Shown: piece by piece, positions 29,213 to 39,292 of the stretch | How positions within the stretch are numbered: position 1 is the stretch's first letter | Layout of the letters: every line of letters begins with the position of its first letter | Virus record (IMG/VR): IMGVR_UViG_3300025015_000010 | Location: 64,001 to 128,000 of that record | DNA length: 64,000 bases | Source of the DNA: a virus | Reading direction: 5' to 3' (one strand) | The notes under the pieces: model-generated | The model's database searches: none | What the model was told of the DNA's origin: nothing | The model's input: the letters and a program-made list of their open reading frames with translations, nothing else | Translations under genes and position numbers: made by a program

Positions 29213-30189
29213 GACCTATTTTTGCAATGCCTAAATATAGACCGTTCTCGGCCGTTATAACCAGCCACAGAGATGGCTGGCTATATGGTCATTCTGGTGA
29301 TGAGTATGATGTGTATAGACCTTTGCATATGACCTTAGACGGTTGGATGTACGCTACGCATTCATTTGGTCAAGTACTGACCAATGGTAAGTCTGTCTTT
29401 GGTGCAATCAGAAAGTCAGGTTATTTGTTGCCGGAAATAGACCGTAATTCAGCTACGCTCAAACGTAGTCCCACGGGGCAAGGCTCTATGTTTCCAATCG
29501 ATGCGATTGCTGGTGATGATAAGCTAGTATTTTTTCGCCCAGGATCACCACTCCCTGGCGCTGGTGCTTTCTTCTTCGCCGCCAGGTCGTTGATACTGGA
29601 TTTCGGAGGTAGAGTAGGCACGGATATATTAGGCGATTACAAGAGAATATTGGAAAAAGCGATGGCCGATTTTGGGTTACCATACAATAAATGGACTCAT
29701 GCACGAGAGAGCATAAAGCATAAAGAACTCGATTTGCTGGAACAGATGAAAGGTGAGCTAACTGGAGACGAAGCCTACAAAATGCGTGACGAGATTTTTA
29801 CAAAGTTTGATTCTGATCTTCGTTGGGCTATCCTAGATTTGCCACAAGAAATTGTTGAGGAATTCTATGTGCGCGTGCAAAGGTTTCGTGATACTGAACG
29901 ATCAGGTGGACTAGAAGCAGCAGATTTCGTGGACAGACTAGAGGCTCAGCAGGCTATTGGTTACCCAGGAGCGGCAATTAACTATTCAGAAAGATACGAG
30001 ATCACCGTCGAAGGTCGCGTGCCTATTGATAGCGCATTTGGGTGGATGTATAACACTACAAACGGAGTAGACTTTGGTTTTCGAGAGGAATTCTATCCGT
30101 ATTACGAGTATGTTGAATTGTTAGATAGAGCAGTCGCTAGCAGATTGAACCCAGATACGTATTTTCTTGAGGATGTGGTGAACATATGA
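29209..30189 (+). CDS. DarT-like ART paralog 4
   Basis: ATH, GYLLP, DAIAGDDKLVFF, DIL.DY, EITVEGRVP. Confidence 0.55.
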   Translation: MRPIFAMPKYRPFSAVITSHRDGWLYGHSGDEYDVYRPLHMTLDGWMYATHSFGQVLTNGKSVFGAIRKSGYLLPEIDRNSATLKRSPTGQGSMFPIDAIAGDDKLVFFRPGSPLPGAGAFFFAARSLILDFGGRVGTDILGDYKRILEKAMADFGLPYNKWTHARESIKHKELDLLEQMKGELTGDEAYKMRDEIFTKFDSDLRWAILDLPQEIVEEFYVRVQRFRDTERSGGLEAADFVDRLEAQQAIGYPGAAINYSERYEITVEGRVPIDSAFGWMYNTTNGVDFGFREEFYPYYEYVELLDRAVASRLNPDTYFLEDVVNI

Positions 30190-30965
30190 GATCAGTCTAT
30201 CATATTGTAGGCCTAAGCTACTGCCAGCCTGATCCCTCGGCAGCAGATAGTTATTATGATCAAGAAATCGAACAGCCAATTATAGAAACCTTTGAGGCCG
30301 TGTTAGCCAAAGGCGAATTACTGGCACCGAGTCAATTCGGTAGTATTGCGAGTCCGACACTGATCGATGCTATGGCAGGGGATAATCATTATGTTTTTCT
30401 CGGAGAGAGTCTAACTGGGCCTGCAAATTATGAGTGCCCAGAAGAATACTCCTACGGATTTGCATTTGATGCCTATCAGCTAATTGAGCTAGGCTGTGGC
30501 GTTCGATTTGGCGATTTGATTGTGGCTTATGAGCACGAAATTATGAATTTTGTAGGCGATGCGCCCTGGAGTCAGAATGATCTTGAGAAAGTTAACCAGT
30601 TTTTGGCCAATGGCAGCCTAGATCCGGTAGAAGAAATGATGGCTCTTAAAGGCCATGAGTATGAGATAGAAACGAAGAAAGCACGTAGGCGCGAAAAAGA
30701 GTTGATGGAGATAGTAGGTGTTCTCGAATCTCCACCTGATGAATTGCGTCATAGACTACAACAGATAGCTGATCAGAATACGATGTTCGGCAACGCGGCT
30801 ATTGAGGCACTAGAAAGTCATAGAGATATGGAGTTTGTGACGCCAGAGAAACTAAGTCTTACAGCTATGATTCACGTTATTATGGCAGGTAGAAAAGTTA
30901 GTTGGGACGAGTTGACAAGTCTGTATGATGTGAAAGTAATTAGACAGCGCGAGCTTTGGGAATAA
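30186..30965 (+). CDS. DarT-like ART paralog 5
   Basis: VYH, GELLA, DAMAGDNHYVFL, FAFDA, MEFV. Confidence 0.55.
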   Translation: MRSVYHIVGLSYCQPDPSAADSYYDQEIEQPIIETFEAVLAKGELLAPSQFGSIASPTLIDAMAGDNHYVFLGESLTGPANYECPEEYSYGFAFDAYQLIELGCGVRFGDLIVAYEHEIMNFVGDAPWSQNDLEKVNQFLANGSLDPVEEMMALKGHEYEIETKKARRREKELMEIVGVLESPPDELRHRLQQIADQNTMFGNAAIEALESHRDMEFVTPEKLSLTAMIHVIMAGRKVSWDELTSLYDVKVIRQRELWE

Positions 30966-30968
30966 CAT

Positions 30969-30996
30969 TTGACTTTGCAATAAACTATGCTATAAT
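30969..30996 (+). promoter_or_regulatory. Sigma70 promoter, leaderless transcript
   Basis: TTGACT...TGCTATAAT, with the ATG 6 nt downstream. Confidence 0.75.
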
Positions 30997-31002
30997 TTTG
31001 GC

Positions 31003-31557
31003 ATGCTTAAACCAGGTATAACTTATGCAGAAGAACTTCAGCACGCTTTAGCTCTTGCCGAGAACTGCAAATGGCTACTGGCTAAAAAGCTGAAGCAGGA
31101 ATATATGCCAGTAGTTAAGCCACAAATTGTTTGGAATACTAGACTTGGGACCACGGCTGGTAATTGCCGTACAAGAAACAAGCGCGACTATGCCAGAATG
31201 TCTCATGTAATCGAACTTAACCCTAAGCTTCTGATCGATGCCATAAAATTCAAAAGAACTCTAGTACACGAGTTAGCCCACGCAGTGACTATCGAATTGT
31301 GGCCCAGGTCTAAGCATCACGGGCGTGAGTGGAAAGCTGTAATGAGGTACATGCTAGCAGAGCCAGCAAGGTGTCATTGTTATGATACGAGTCATATCAA
31401 GCGCAGGCAGACTAGAGCCGAGATTCAATGCTCCTGCGGGAAGATATTCACACTCAGTAAGAACTGTTATACCAGGATGACCAACGGCACTACGGGCTAT
31501 AGACACAAGGAATGTAAGCGCAATCTGATCGATGCAAAATTTGTCAGGTACGTTTAG
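31003..31557 (+). CDS. SprT-like metalloprotease
   Basis: TTAG, IELN, HELAH, HGREWK, C-terminal Zn ribbon. Confidence 0.9.
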   Translation: MLKPGITYAEELQHALALAENCKWLLAKKLKQEYMPVVKPQIVWNTRLGTTAGNCRTRNKRDYARMSHVIELNPKLLIDAIKFKRTLVHELAHAVTIELWPRSKHHGREWKAVMRYMLAEPARCHCYDTSHIKRRQTRAEIQCSCGKIFTLSKNCYTRMTNGTTGYRHKECKRNLIDAKFVRYV

Positions 31558-31564
31558 TTGTGAA

Positions 31565-31584
31565 TAGTGGTAGACTTAAGATAG
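31565..31584 (+). promoter_or_regulatory. Class-2 promoter
   Basis: TAGTGGTAGACTTAAGATAG. Confidence 0.6.
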
Positions 31585-31607
31585 GCAGTGTTTAGAAAGG
31601 AAAAATC

Positions 31608-31856
31608 ATGGCAAAGCGAAGAAGTTCAAAGAAGTTATCTTATCGTGAGCAGCTAATAAAGAAAATCAAAGCCGCTTGGAAGAAATATGATCACGCTTAT
31701 ACCTCTGGTGATGCTAGAGAAGCTAAGTTAGAGGCAATCTACTGCACTGAAAACCTGGGCGGCGTAGCCTGTGCTTCCTGGAAAACATACAGAGACTCCT
31801 GGGCAGGTAAAGAGTGGATTAGGCGGGAAGAAATAAGGCAAAATACGAGAGCATAG
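31608..31856 (+). CDS. Small basic hypothetical protein
   Basis: AAGGA RBS. Confidence 0.65.
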   Translation: MAKRRSSKKLSYREQLIKKIKAAWKKYDHAYTSGDAREAKLEAIYCTENLGGVACASWKTYRDSWAGKEWIRREEIRQNTRA

Positions 31857-31865
31857 AGCTACTTA

Positions 31866-32579
31866 ATGATTAACGGCATCAAATTTTTAGCATGGCATAG
31901 TGTTGGTAGTGACGATGTTAAAGCTACAATCAAGCAGATAGTCAAGCGAGGTTTCTTGCTGCCTGCTTCGATGCGCACAGGTAGAACTTGCAAGATTCAG
32001 GTCGAGGACTATCTAGCCGGTGATGCCGCATTTGTGTTTATGCATGTAGGCGCTTTTAGTGAAATACATCAAGAAAACCAGTTTATGACTGGGTATAATC
32101 ATAGGAATTTCTATTTTGACGCAGTTGAACTGATCGAGATGGGCGCAATACTGAGGCACCACGATCTATTATTTGAGTACAAGAAGGTCATGTGTAGTAT
32201 TGTCAATAATTTTCTTGGCAGCAATTTAGATCGCAATCAGACCGCATATTTTCTTGAGTATGCTGCCTATATGAGTGGCGTAGACGTTAATTGTCGCGAT
32301 TCTTGGTCGTTCGATTGTTACCGTGAGTTAGCAGATAATTTCATAGCGGGTTTAAGCCGACTACAAGGTGAGCATAGATTAGGTGAAATGTTCGATAAGG
32401 TGTATAAAAAGTGTTTGAAAATCCGAGCCCAGAACGAGCATGTAGGCGACAAGGCAATAAGCATGCTTGAAAGTATGTATGATCACAGAAATCTTTCGAA
32501 TGTAGAAATCATCTGGGAAGGCCCACTCCCGACGTATCTAGCTTTGCATGACTCACCTGCTTTTAGGACGGCACAGTGA
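31866..32579 (+). CDS. DarT-like ART paralog 6
   Basis: AWH, GFLLP, DYLAGDAAFVFM, FYFDA, EIIWEGPLP. Confidence 0.6.
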   Translation: MINGIKFLAWHSVGSDDVKATIKQIVKRGFLLPASMRTGRTCKIQVEDYLAGDAAFVFMHVGAFSEIHQENQFMTGYNHRNFYFDAVELIEMGAILRHHDLLFEYKKVMCSIVNNFLGSNLDRNQTAYFLEYAAYMSGVDVNCRDSWSFDCYRELADNFIAGLSRLQGEHRLGEMFDKVYKKCLKIRAQNEHVGDKAISMLESMYDHRNLSNVEIIWEGPLPTYLALHDSPAFRTAQ

Positions 32580-32649
32580 TGGCTAACGAGCACATTAATA
32601 AAAATTTGCATATCTATGCTCCTGGATCGCCATATAGAGGAAATGCTAG

Positions 32650-33231
32650 ATGAGGCTGTTAGGCTATCATGGAACACACGCTGTGTTCAGGAATTTTGAG
32701 AAGCGCGGAGGTGTTCGTCAGATACTATTTGCTAGTTTCAAGGTTCCGTCGAATGGTTTTTTCTTTTCTGACAATCTCGATGACGCGGCTGGTTTCGGGC
32801 CTAATGTGATTGTTGCTAATCTAATTTTGCGACGGCCATTAGTATTTCCCGAGCACGATAAGCACGCCGCGTTCTGGAACAATGAATTCTCTTACTTTTT
32901 CGGTCAAGATATGGACGAAGCGGCTACAGTGTGGCAGAGCGATTTGGATTATATTTTTGCCCCGCTCATCCAAGAAGATCATGGCAAGTTCGTCGTTGAT
33001 CTAGGCTCAACTAGGTACTATGTTGATCCTAACGACATAGATTGGTCAGAGTTTGCAGTTCTGAGTGGCGGCGTTGAATGGAATATATTGGATAATCCGG
33101 ATGTTGTGGTCCGCATGCAAGAACGTGGCTATGATGGAACAGTGGTGTATGAGCCAGGAACATATAGTGGCTATTCTTATTTTGTGATTGATCAAAGCCA
33201 GATAGAAATTTTAGAGATAGTCCGAAGATGA
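32650..33231 (+). CDS. ART-PolyVal-like ADP-ribosyltransferase
   Basis: YHGT, GFFFS, A..FG, GYDG, QI. Confidence 0.78.
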   Translation: MRLLGYHGTHAVFRNFEKRGGVRQILFASFKVPSNGFFFSDNLDDAAGFGPNVIVANLILRRPLVFPEHDKHAAFWNNEFSYFFGQDMDEAATVWQSDLDYIFAPLIQEDHGKFVVDLGSTRYYVDPNDIDWSEFAVLSGGVEWNILDNPDVVVRMQERGYDGTVVYEPGTYSGYSYFVIDQSQIEILEIVRR

Positions 33232-33747
33232 TTAAATATCTAGCTGCCATGTTGTTACTATTATCTACAGCACATGCTCAGGAAAATTCAGTGGCCGAAG
33301 CAATGGCAAAATTTTCTGTAGATACCGATTTGACTCAGCCAGTGGATATTACTGCTGAAGATTTTGAGACATATTTTAAGCAGAAAGGTGCAAAGGGCAT
33401 GTTGGGTACGGGGGAAGCCTTCGTGGCCGCTCAAGAGAAATATGGTATCAACGCTGTATACATCATGGCCCATGCAGCCTGGGAATCTGGATGGGGAAAG
33501 TCCTGGATAGCACAAAACAAGAAAAATTTGTTCGGTTACGGCGCTTATGACAGATCACCTGCAAAATCAGCTTGGACTTTTGAGACCTACACCGACGGTG
33601 TAGATATCGTAATGTCACATGTCAAGGAAGACTACTTGACACCTGGTGGTAAGTATTGGAGCGGGGCGCCGTCGCTACGAGGAATGAACAATGCATATGC
33701 CACAGATAAAACCTGGCAGTTTGGTATTACGTCGATTATGAATGGGT
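33228..33747 (+). pseudogene. GH73 glucosaminidase/muramidase with signal peptide, truncated by transposon B
   Basis: HAAWESGWG, NLFG, YATD. Native C-terminus continues at 43501-43646. Confidence 0.88.
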
Positions 33748-33936
33748 TAGGCTTATGCCTTATTTACATGTAAGGTTCCAGTTAGCCTAAACGCCCCGAT
33801 AAATAGCTAACAAAAGCCGTTTAGGGCACTAATGCCAGGATGTCTAGTCTTGGTTCTTATCGACGGCCAAGTCCTGTCCAAGGGGTTTTACGGTGTTTTG
33901 AGTAACATAGACGACCATCTTTATAGGGAGGTCGTC

Positions 33937-34347
33937 ATGGGCAGTATACAGAGGGCTAAACTAGTCGAGGCAGCGTCCCAGAGGTTAGAAAAGGAACGAA
34001 TAGCTTTCTACGATTATCTCGCTGAGTTGACTAATGCTGATTTTGTCGCAGAGAGTGGGATAGCCAGAGGAGAAATGGAGCGACGCAAATTAGTTTTAGA
34101 ATCTCGCCAGGCGGAATATGATAAGGAATTTAAAATGTACATTCAGGATTTACATGAAGAAAACATAAGAGAAAGTCAGAGAATTTCAGCAGAGAGTCAG
34201 AAACTCACGGCATCGAGTCTTCGGTGGAGCAAGATTGCTGCTGCGGCGGTTATTGCTTATGCAGTAGCTACTGGAGTACAAATCTATTTTTCTATTATTT
34301 GGCATGTACCCGCAAATGTGCCTATACTTGTTCGATTGATACGTTAA
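33937..34347 (+). CDS. Coiled-coil protein with C-terminal TM helix (cargo)
   Basis: GGAGG RBS, hydrophobic C-terminus. Confidence 0.7.
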   Translation: MGSIQRAKLVEAASQRLEKERIAFYDYLAELTNADFVAESGIARGEMERRKLVLESRQAEYDKEFKMYIQDLHEENIRESQRISAESQKLTASSLRWSKIAAAAVIAYAVATGVQIYFSIIWHVPANVPILVRLIR

Positions 34348-34390
34348 TAGACACATTCCTCGGAGTAATTTCCGAGGAATGTGTCTATTA
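34345..34390. terminator. Long perfect hairpin between convergent genes
   Basis: TAATAGACACATTCCTCGGA-loop-TCCGAGGAATGTGTCTATTA. Confidence 0.75.
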
Positions 34391-34395
34391 CTTAG

Positions 34396-36375
34396 TTACG
34401 CCCCAAATCCTCGTACTTCCGGCCCATCTTCCCAACGGTCCTTAAGAACCGACTGGACAGCCTCTAACAATACTTCCTGGCTCAGTACAGTCAACCCTCG
34501 ATGCTCAACCAGTCTCACGGCGTAAAGCAGAGATTTTTTGATTTCCCCGCCCGATAACTCAGCCTGGGCCAACTCTTCAAAATTCACGTTACCTAGCTTG
34601 GTACAGTCCGCCAGTAGCCCGCGCCAGATAGCTTCCCTGGCTTCTTCGTCTGGCAAGTCGAATTCCAGGACAGCCGCAACGCGCCGAATAAGTGCCTCGT
34701 CTAGGGCTTCCTTTCGGTTGGTCGCTAGAATTACGCAGCCGTTGAAGCGTTCGATTTCTTGGAGCAGCACGGCCACGTCTTGAGCTTCCCACGTGTGGCT
34801 AGTCCCGCTACGGGCGTAGAACAGACTATCGGCTTCGTCAAAGAACAGCACGGCCTTGCCTTCGTGGTCGTCTTTAGCCGTTTGGAACACTTTGGCGATG
34901 TGCTTCTGAGTCATGCCAACCCAATGGCTGATTAGCTGGCTGGAATCGACGGTCAGCAACGGCCAGCCGAGTTCACCGGCTACGGCTTGCGCGGCGAGTG
35001 TCTTGCCTGTTCCTGGTAGCCCCGAAAACAACAATCCAGGCCCGGTTCCGTAAGCTATCTTCTTGTCCAGCCCCCAATCGGCTAGGTAAGAACGGTCAGA
35101 CTTCAGGGCTGAAATCGTCATTTCGATGGTTTCGCGGTGAGCATCAGGCAAAACCACGTCGGCAAGTTTCACTATGGGTCGAATACACCGTAGCGAGCCG
35201 CCCGCCTCTATCGCTTCGGGCTCCGATTTCCCAGGCTTGGCTATAAAGTCAACGTCTCCATGCCCAAGGAGATAACGCGCCAAGTCTTCGTCTACGTAGA
35301 AATCTGTCGCTTCAACATGTCCTGCCTTGCCAGAAACTCGCACAAGGCCAGATGTGTGCAATCTGGCCTCAGGGTAAAGATAGCGGCGCAAGTCTAAGCG
35401 TACCGCTCTAGTTCCACCCATGACCTCAAGGAGTAGCCTTCCTGGCGTTTTGGGTCGTCCTGCTGGCTCGTCATTTCCACCGAACATAAAGAACGGCCTA
35501 TCATCGCTGGTATCCCGGCCATTCAGAGCAAGAAACACCAGTGCGTCAATTTCAGGACTGGCTAGATGTTCCTGCCTGGCCAGATGGTGTAACGGTGTAT
35601 CGTCCCAACGGGCAGATTCGCGTTCCACGATAAGCGCCCGCTCCAGTTTGCATAGCTTGTCTTGAGCCTCGGCATCTTCGTCGTCGTCATCGAGTGCCCA
35701 AGGTGGCCTACGTAGTCTCCTGGGTCGTTCTGTGCAGCGGCCCGCCCTGGCTTCACAGCATTTCAATATCAAGTCCAAATAATCGGTATAAGTAGCGCAT
35801 GGAGCCACACTCGAAGACGGTTCAGGCACGCCGTAGTCTTGCCCCGTGAGTCTGGTTAGCAGCACTTCACCGACTCGATAGCCTTTGAGTTCGTGCCAGC
35901 GACCGTTTTCAAGTTGTATAACCAACTTGGATTTAATGAGTGGTGCGTTTCTATGCAAGGCACGACTAGCTAGAATCCTGTCCATCGCCTGGGTACTCAA
36001 GGCAGGTAATATTGCTGTAATTTCTCGCTCAGGCCCGCCTTTGCTATCCGCCGCGAGCAACAGCCAAAGTATGCTTTCTTCGATGGCTGTCAGTGATAAC
36101 TCACCGATGATCTTATCCCAAAGCAACACACAGCCTTGTTCCTGGGCTGCACGGCGAAGTTCAGCCATGCTCGCCCGGATAGGTGTAGTCTCTAATAATA
36201 AATCTCTGGGTGGCGCTTCAGGTGGGATTTCTACAGGTGACATAGCCCGGCGTGCGTGTCGCAAGTACCTGGGCAGTTCTTCGGGCGGGGAACCAATGCT
36301 GTCTAGTACATTTCCGAGCCGAAACCCAAGCTCAAGGAAATTGCGGTCCAACTCGGTAAGCGGGTTATCCTGCAT
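34396..36375 (-). CDS. AAA+ ATPase (SpoVK/CDC48-like C-terminal domain), GC-rich cargo
   Basis: GLPGTGKT, LFFDEAD, ILATN, RR. TTGACA-17-TATAAT promoter at ~36473-36501. Confidence 0.9.
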   Translation of the reverse strand: MQDNPLTELDRNFLELGFRLGNVLDSIGSPPEELPRYLRHARRAMSPVEIPPEAPPRDLLLETTPIRASMAELRRAAQEQGCVLLWDKIIGELSLTAIEESILWLLLAADSKGGPEREITAILPALSTQAMDRILASRALHRNAPLIKSKLVIQLENGRWHELKGYRVGEVLLTRLTGQDYGVPEPSSSVAPCATYTDYLDLILKCCEARAGRCTERPRRLRRPPWALDDDDEDAEAQDKLCKLERALIVERESARWDDTPLHHLARQEHLASPEIDALVFLALNGRDTSDDRPFFMFGGNDEPAGRPKTPGRLLLEVMGGTRAVRLDLRRYLYPEARLHTSGLVRVSGKAGHVEATDFYVDEDLARYLLGHGDVDFIAKPGKSEPEAIEAGGSLRCIRPIVKLADVVLPDAHRETIEMTISALKSDRSYLADWGLDKKIAYGTGPGLLFSGLPGTGKTLAAQAVAGELGWPLLTVDSSQLISHWVGMTQKHIAKVFQTAKDDHEGKAVLFFDEADSLFYARSGTSHTWEAQDVAVLLQEIERFNGCVILATNRKEALDEALIRRVAAVLEFDLPDEEAREAIWRGLLADCTKLGNVNFEELAQAELSGGEIKKSLLYAVRLVEHRGLTVLSQEVLLEAVQSVLKDRWEDGPEVRGFGA

Positions 36376-36693
36376 GGGCGTTCTCCTTTTTAGGACAAAG
36401 CTTATTTGTTCTTGGACCGAATTTCTCCATTATTGGTATTTATTTGTCATCCTAAGTTGGATGATGGTCAGGCATTATACACAATAGGTACATAATGTCA
36501 AGGATGAACTGTGCATATTAGTGCTAGAATTAAATTATGTCTAAACCCATGATTCAGTCACCGCCCGAAATCGACAAAGATGAGATGTCTAATCGTATTT
36601 TTAGTTTCCTTTCATCAGAAGGCCTATCGTTAAAAGAGATGTGGGAAGTCGGTGACTGGTTTTCTAAAGAAGCTCATCTTAAATATGTCGAGG

Positions 36694-36993
36694 CTAGACA
36701 AAGACTTTCTCACTAGTATTCGGTTTTAATGCCAGGCGTAGGTTGTCTATAACCCTGGAGTCATTTACTCCAGACATAGCAATAATAAAAGCCACAGCGC
36801 CTAGATAGGCATTGTCACTTAGCTTTAAGTTCAGAGCGTCTTTCCCTCCGACACTGACAGCTAACGTATTGATATACTTACCGAGTGAAGTTAAATCATA
36901 GCCAACCGGAAGCCACTGCACTGGCTGATGCCCCATGACATAGGCAACACGACCAAGAACAGTTGTTGGGTCAATGATGTTTACCGTGTCCAT
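36694..36993 (-). CDS. Hypothetical protein (cargo)
   Basis: AAGGAGG RBS before the ATG at 36993. Confidence 0.55.
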   Translation of the reverse strand: MDTVNIIDPTTVLGRVAYVMGHQPVQWLPVGYDLTSLGKYINTLAVSVGGKDALNLKLSDNAYLGAVAFIIAMSGVNDSRVIDNLRLALKPNTSEKVFV

Positions 36994-37096
36994 GAGTGCC
37001 TCCTTTAGTGGCTTAATTTCAAAACCAACTGTAACAACGCTTGGCACTCGCCCCGGAGTTCGCCTCCATCCTTCCTTTGATTTACTGTGCTCTAGG

Positions 37097-37957
37097 TTAA
37101 GGTTGCCAAGTTTCAATAACTACGATCATAAAACCATCTGGCCCTTGCCAGTCATCGCCGCTTGAACATCCTAGTCCGTGGACGTTTGGGCAGAGCACCA
37201 AAGGTCCACTTTGGTCGGCAATGAATTCGGTGGCGTCGCCCATTCCGCGTGGGTTTACAGGATCAATTCCTACACCAAATAGAAGTTGCATAGGTTTGCC
37301 AACAGGGAACATGCGTGAGTCACCGAAGGACTCTGCCTCAGATGATCCTTCAGGCCCGTGGTATCGCCAGTCAGACGCACATCGCCATTTGCCTTTAGCG
37401 CGTATTCTTATGTGATCCCCCGCTTGGATTGTAACTTTAGAAACATTTTGCCATCTTCCGTCACCGATTAATAATCCTACTCGTTGCTTGTAATTATGCG
37501 TATTGTCTGGAGTCCCGGCAGAGGTTATTTCGGCAAGCCAAGAGGTAATACTCTCTAGTAGCGGTGCCAAAGACGCGATAGTCTTCTCGCCTAGTCCATT
37601 AGGGTGGCCTGGGGGCTCAATTCTGGATTGGATTGTCGCTATTCCAGCCCAAACCAACTCTCGTTGTAGCGCCAAGTATTCGTCGCGTAACTGCGTGGGA
37701 GAAGCAGCTTGTTCTGCTACGGATAGTTTCTTTCTTAACGATTGATTTTCTTGTTGAAGTTGTACAACGGTGTCAGAAGAGGTCACAGGTGTTGCACGGT
37801 TGGTGGCGTTCAACTCTCGTTGTAGTGCATCGATCTTATGCTGAAGTTCAGCAATGGCTGTCACGTCTGGTGTGGCTGATGCTGCGGGCGTGCTGTTACC
37901 GCATCCGGCTAAAGCTAACCACGCCGCGCATAAACCTCCTAGTGCCCACTGTCCCAT
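37097..37957 (-). CDS. Lipoprotein with coiled coil and C-terminal beta-sandwich-like domain (cargo)
   Basis: LAGC lipobox, GGAGG RBS. Confidence 0.75.
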   Translation of the reverse strand: MGQWALGGLCAAWLALAGCGNSTPAASATPDVTAIAELQHKIDALQRELNATNRATPVTSSDTVVQLQQENQSLRKKLSVAEQAASPTQLRDEYLALQRELVWAGIATIQSRIEPPGHPNGLGEKTIASLAPLLESITSWLAEITSAGTPDNTHNYKQRVGLLIGDGRWQNVSKVTIQAGDHIRIRAKGKWRCASDWRYHGPEGSSEAESFGDSRMFPVGKPMQLLFGVGIDPVNPRGMGDATEFIADQSGPLVLCPNVHGLGCSSGDDWQGPDGFMIVVIETWQP

Positions 37958-38033
37958 ATCCTGCCTCCCTCCGAGAGGCGGCGTAATCGTCCTTCCATGA
38001 GAAAGGCGGGTACGCCGCTGATTGGTACTTCCC

Positions 38034-38127
38034 CTCGGTCGCACGAGTATCAATAGGGAAGGAGCACGCTATGTCCCCGTCCTCTGGGCGGGTACGTGCT
38101 GGCGTGCTCCCTACTCGTGCGACCGAG
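38034..38127 (-). ncRNA. Candidate structured leader RNA
   Basis: 16-bp perfect outer stem and 9-bp inner stem, directly after TTGCCT-17-TATCCT. Confidence 0.5.
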
Positions 38128-38248
38128 TGCCAACAGGATATCAGAAACAACTCAAAAAGGCAAGAAGTTACTTGGAGCCAAGGACGGGCGTCCTCAAATA
38201 GTGCTAGACTTCAAATAGCAATTGCCACATAACCAACTGGAGTTAGAG

Positions 38249-38398
38249 ATGTCTAGCACATTACCGTTTCCAAGAACTGATTATGAGTTCTACGAATTGT
38301 TTCCAAATGACCATGCGTGCATTGAATACTTAACCGCGCTACGGTGGCCAGATGGCTTCGTATGCCCGCACTGTGAGTCCCACGAAGGCTATTGGAAT
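38249..38398 (+). pseudogene. Transposon B transposase, N-terminal part
   Basis: Near-identical to the 2595 protein up to EGYWN. Resumes as DKRLYF at 42563. Confidence 0.92.
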
Positions 38399-38700
38399 CA
38401 GGCTTATCCGTTATTTGCCGGTAAGGCTTAGGTTAGCCTAAAAAGGCCAATAAATGCCCTTTGCGGCATTTAATCCCGCACGATATGTCCGGGGCAGACC
38501 CAATAGGGCTAATCCTGAGTTAGCATTTTTACGAGGTTTCATCGTCAGTTTCAAACACAGCTAGTCAGGAGACATTTTATGAAGACGCTGGGAGTTATCG
38601 GTATAAGCGCCTTACTCGCTTATAGCATATTTCAGTTATTGGCCTTCGTCGGCCCAGGGAAAATATCGATGCCAATGTACGAGGGCACTCATAAGACAAA

Positions 38701-39171
38701 TTAGTCACTAGTCTTTTCCCTGCGGAATATGAAGTACAAAGTCAGTGCTGCTAGAGAAGCCGAAGTAGCGAGTTGGATTACTTTCTTTTGTACTTGTGTA
38801 GAATATGCTTTTTTGTAATAGCACATGTTTTTGAAATGTTCGCAGTTGAATCTCTTTGTCCACTGAACATTAATCAGTGCTTCAGCCCGTGCAATAATTT
38901 GGTTAGCATGTTCTGGACTCTTAGGGTATCCCGCCGTAACAGCCCCGGATTTTACGGCTTCAATTCTTCCTCCGTGATCTTCTATGAATGTTTTGAAGAA
39001 TTCAGCCTTTGTAACTTTCGCGACACCTGCATTACTGTTGTTTGGCGAGTTGTGATAATAATGTCCTGCACCGTCGTAAATTCCATAATGGTCTACCTTA
39101 ATTGGTAGTCCTTTATAGACGGCGGGGATGTCGTGCAAGACTATGTACCAACCTTTCAACTTCGCGCTCAT
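38701..39171 (-). CDS. LRAT-like permuted NlpC/P60 protein with C-terminal TM (cargo)
   Basis: HYGIY..G...H and NCEHF motifs. Confidence 0.8.
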   Translation of the reverse strand: MSAKLKGWYIVLHDIPAVYKGLPIKVDHYGIYDGAGHYYHNSPNNSNAGVAKVTKAEFFKTFIEDHGGRIEAVKSGAVTAGYPKSPEHANQIIARAEALINVQWTKRFNCEHFKNMCYYKKAYSTQVQKKVIQLATSASLAALTLYFIFRREKTSD

Positions 39172-39292
39172 AATTTTACTCCTAGATAATTTGAGCCGCG
39201 TTTCGTCCGGCCTGAGTCTATCGGTTGAACCTAGCACCGTCTAGGTTCCTATTGACAAGCTGCCATCCGGCTCTTTATCCTACTTCAAGTTA

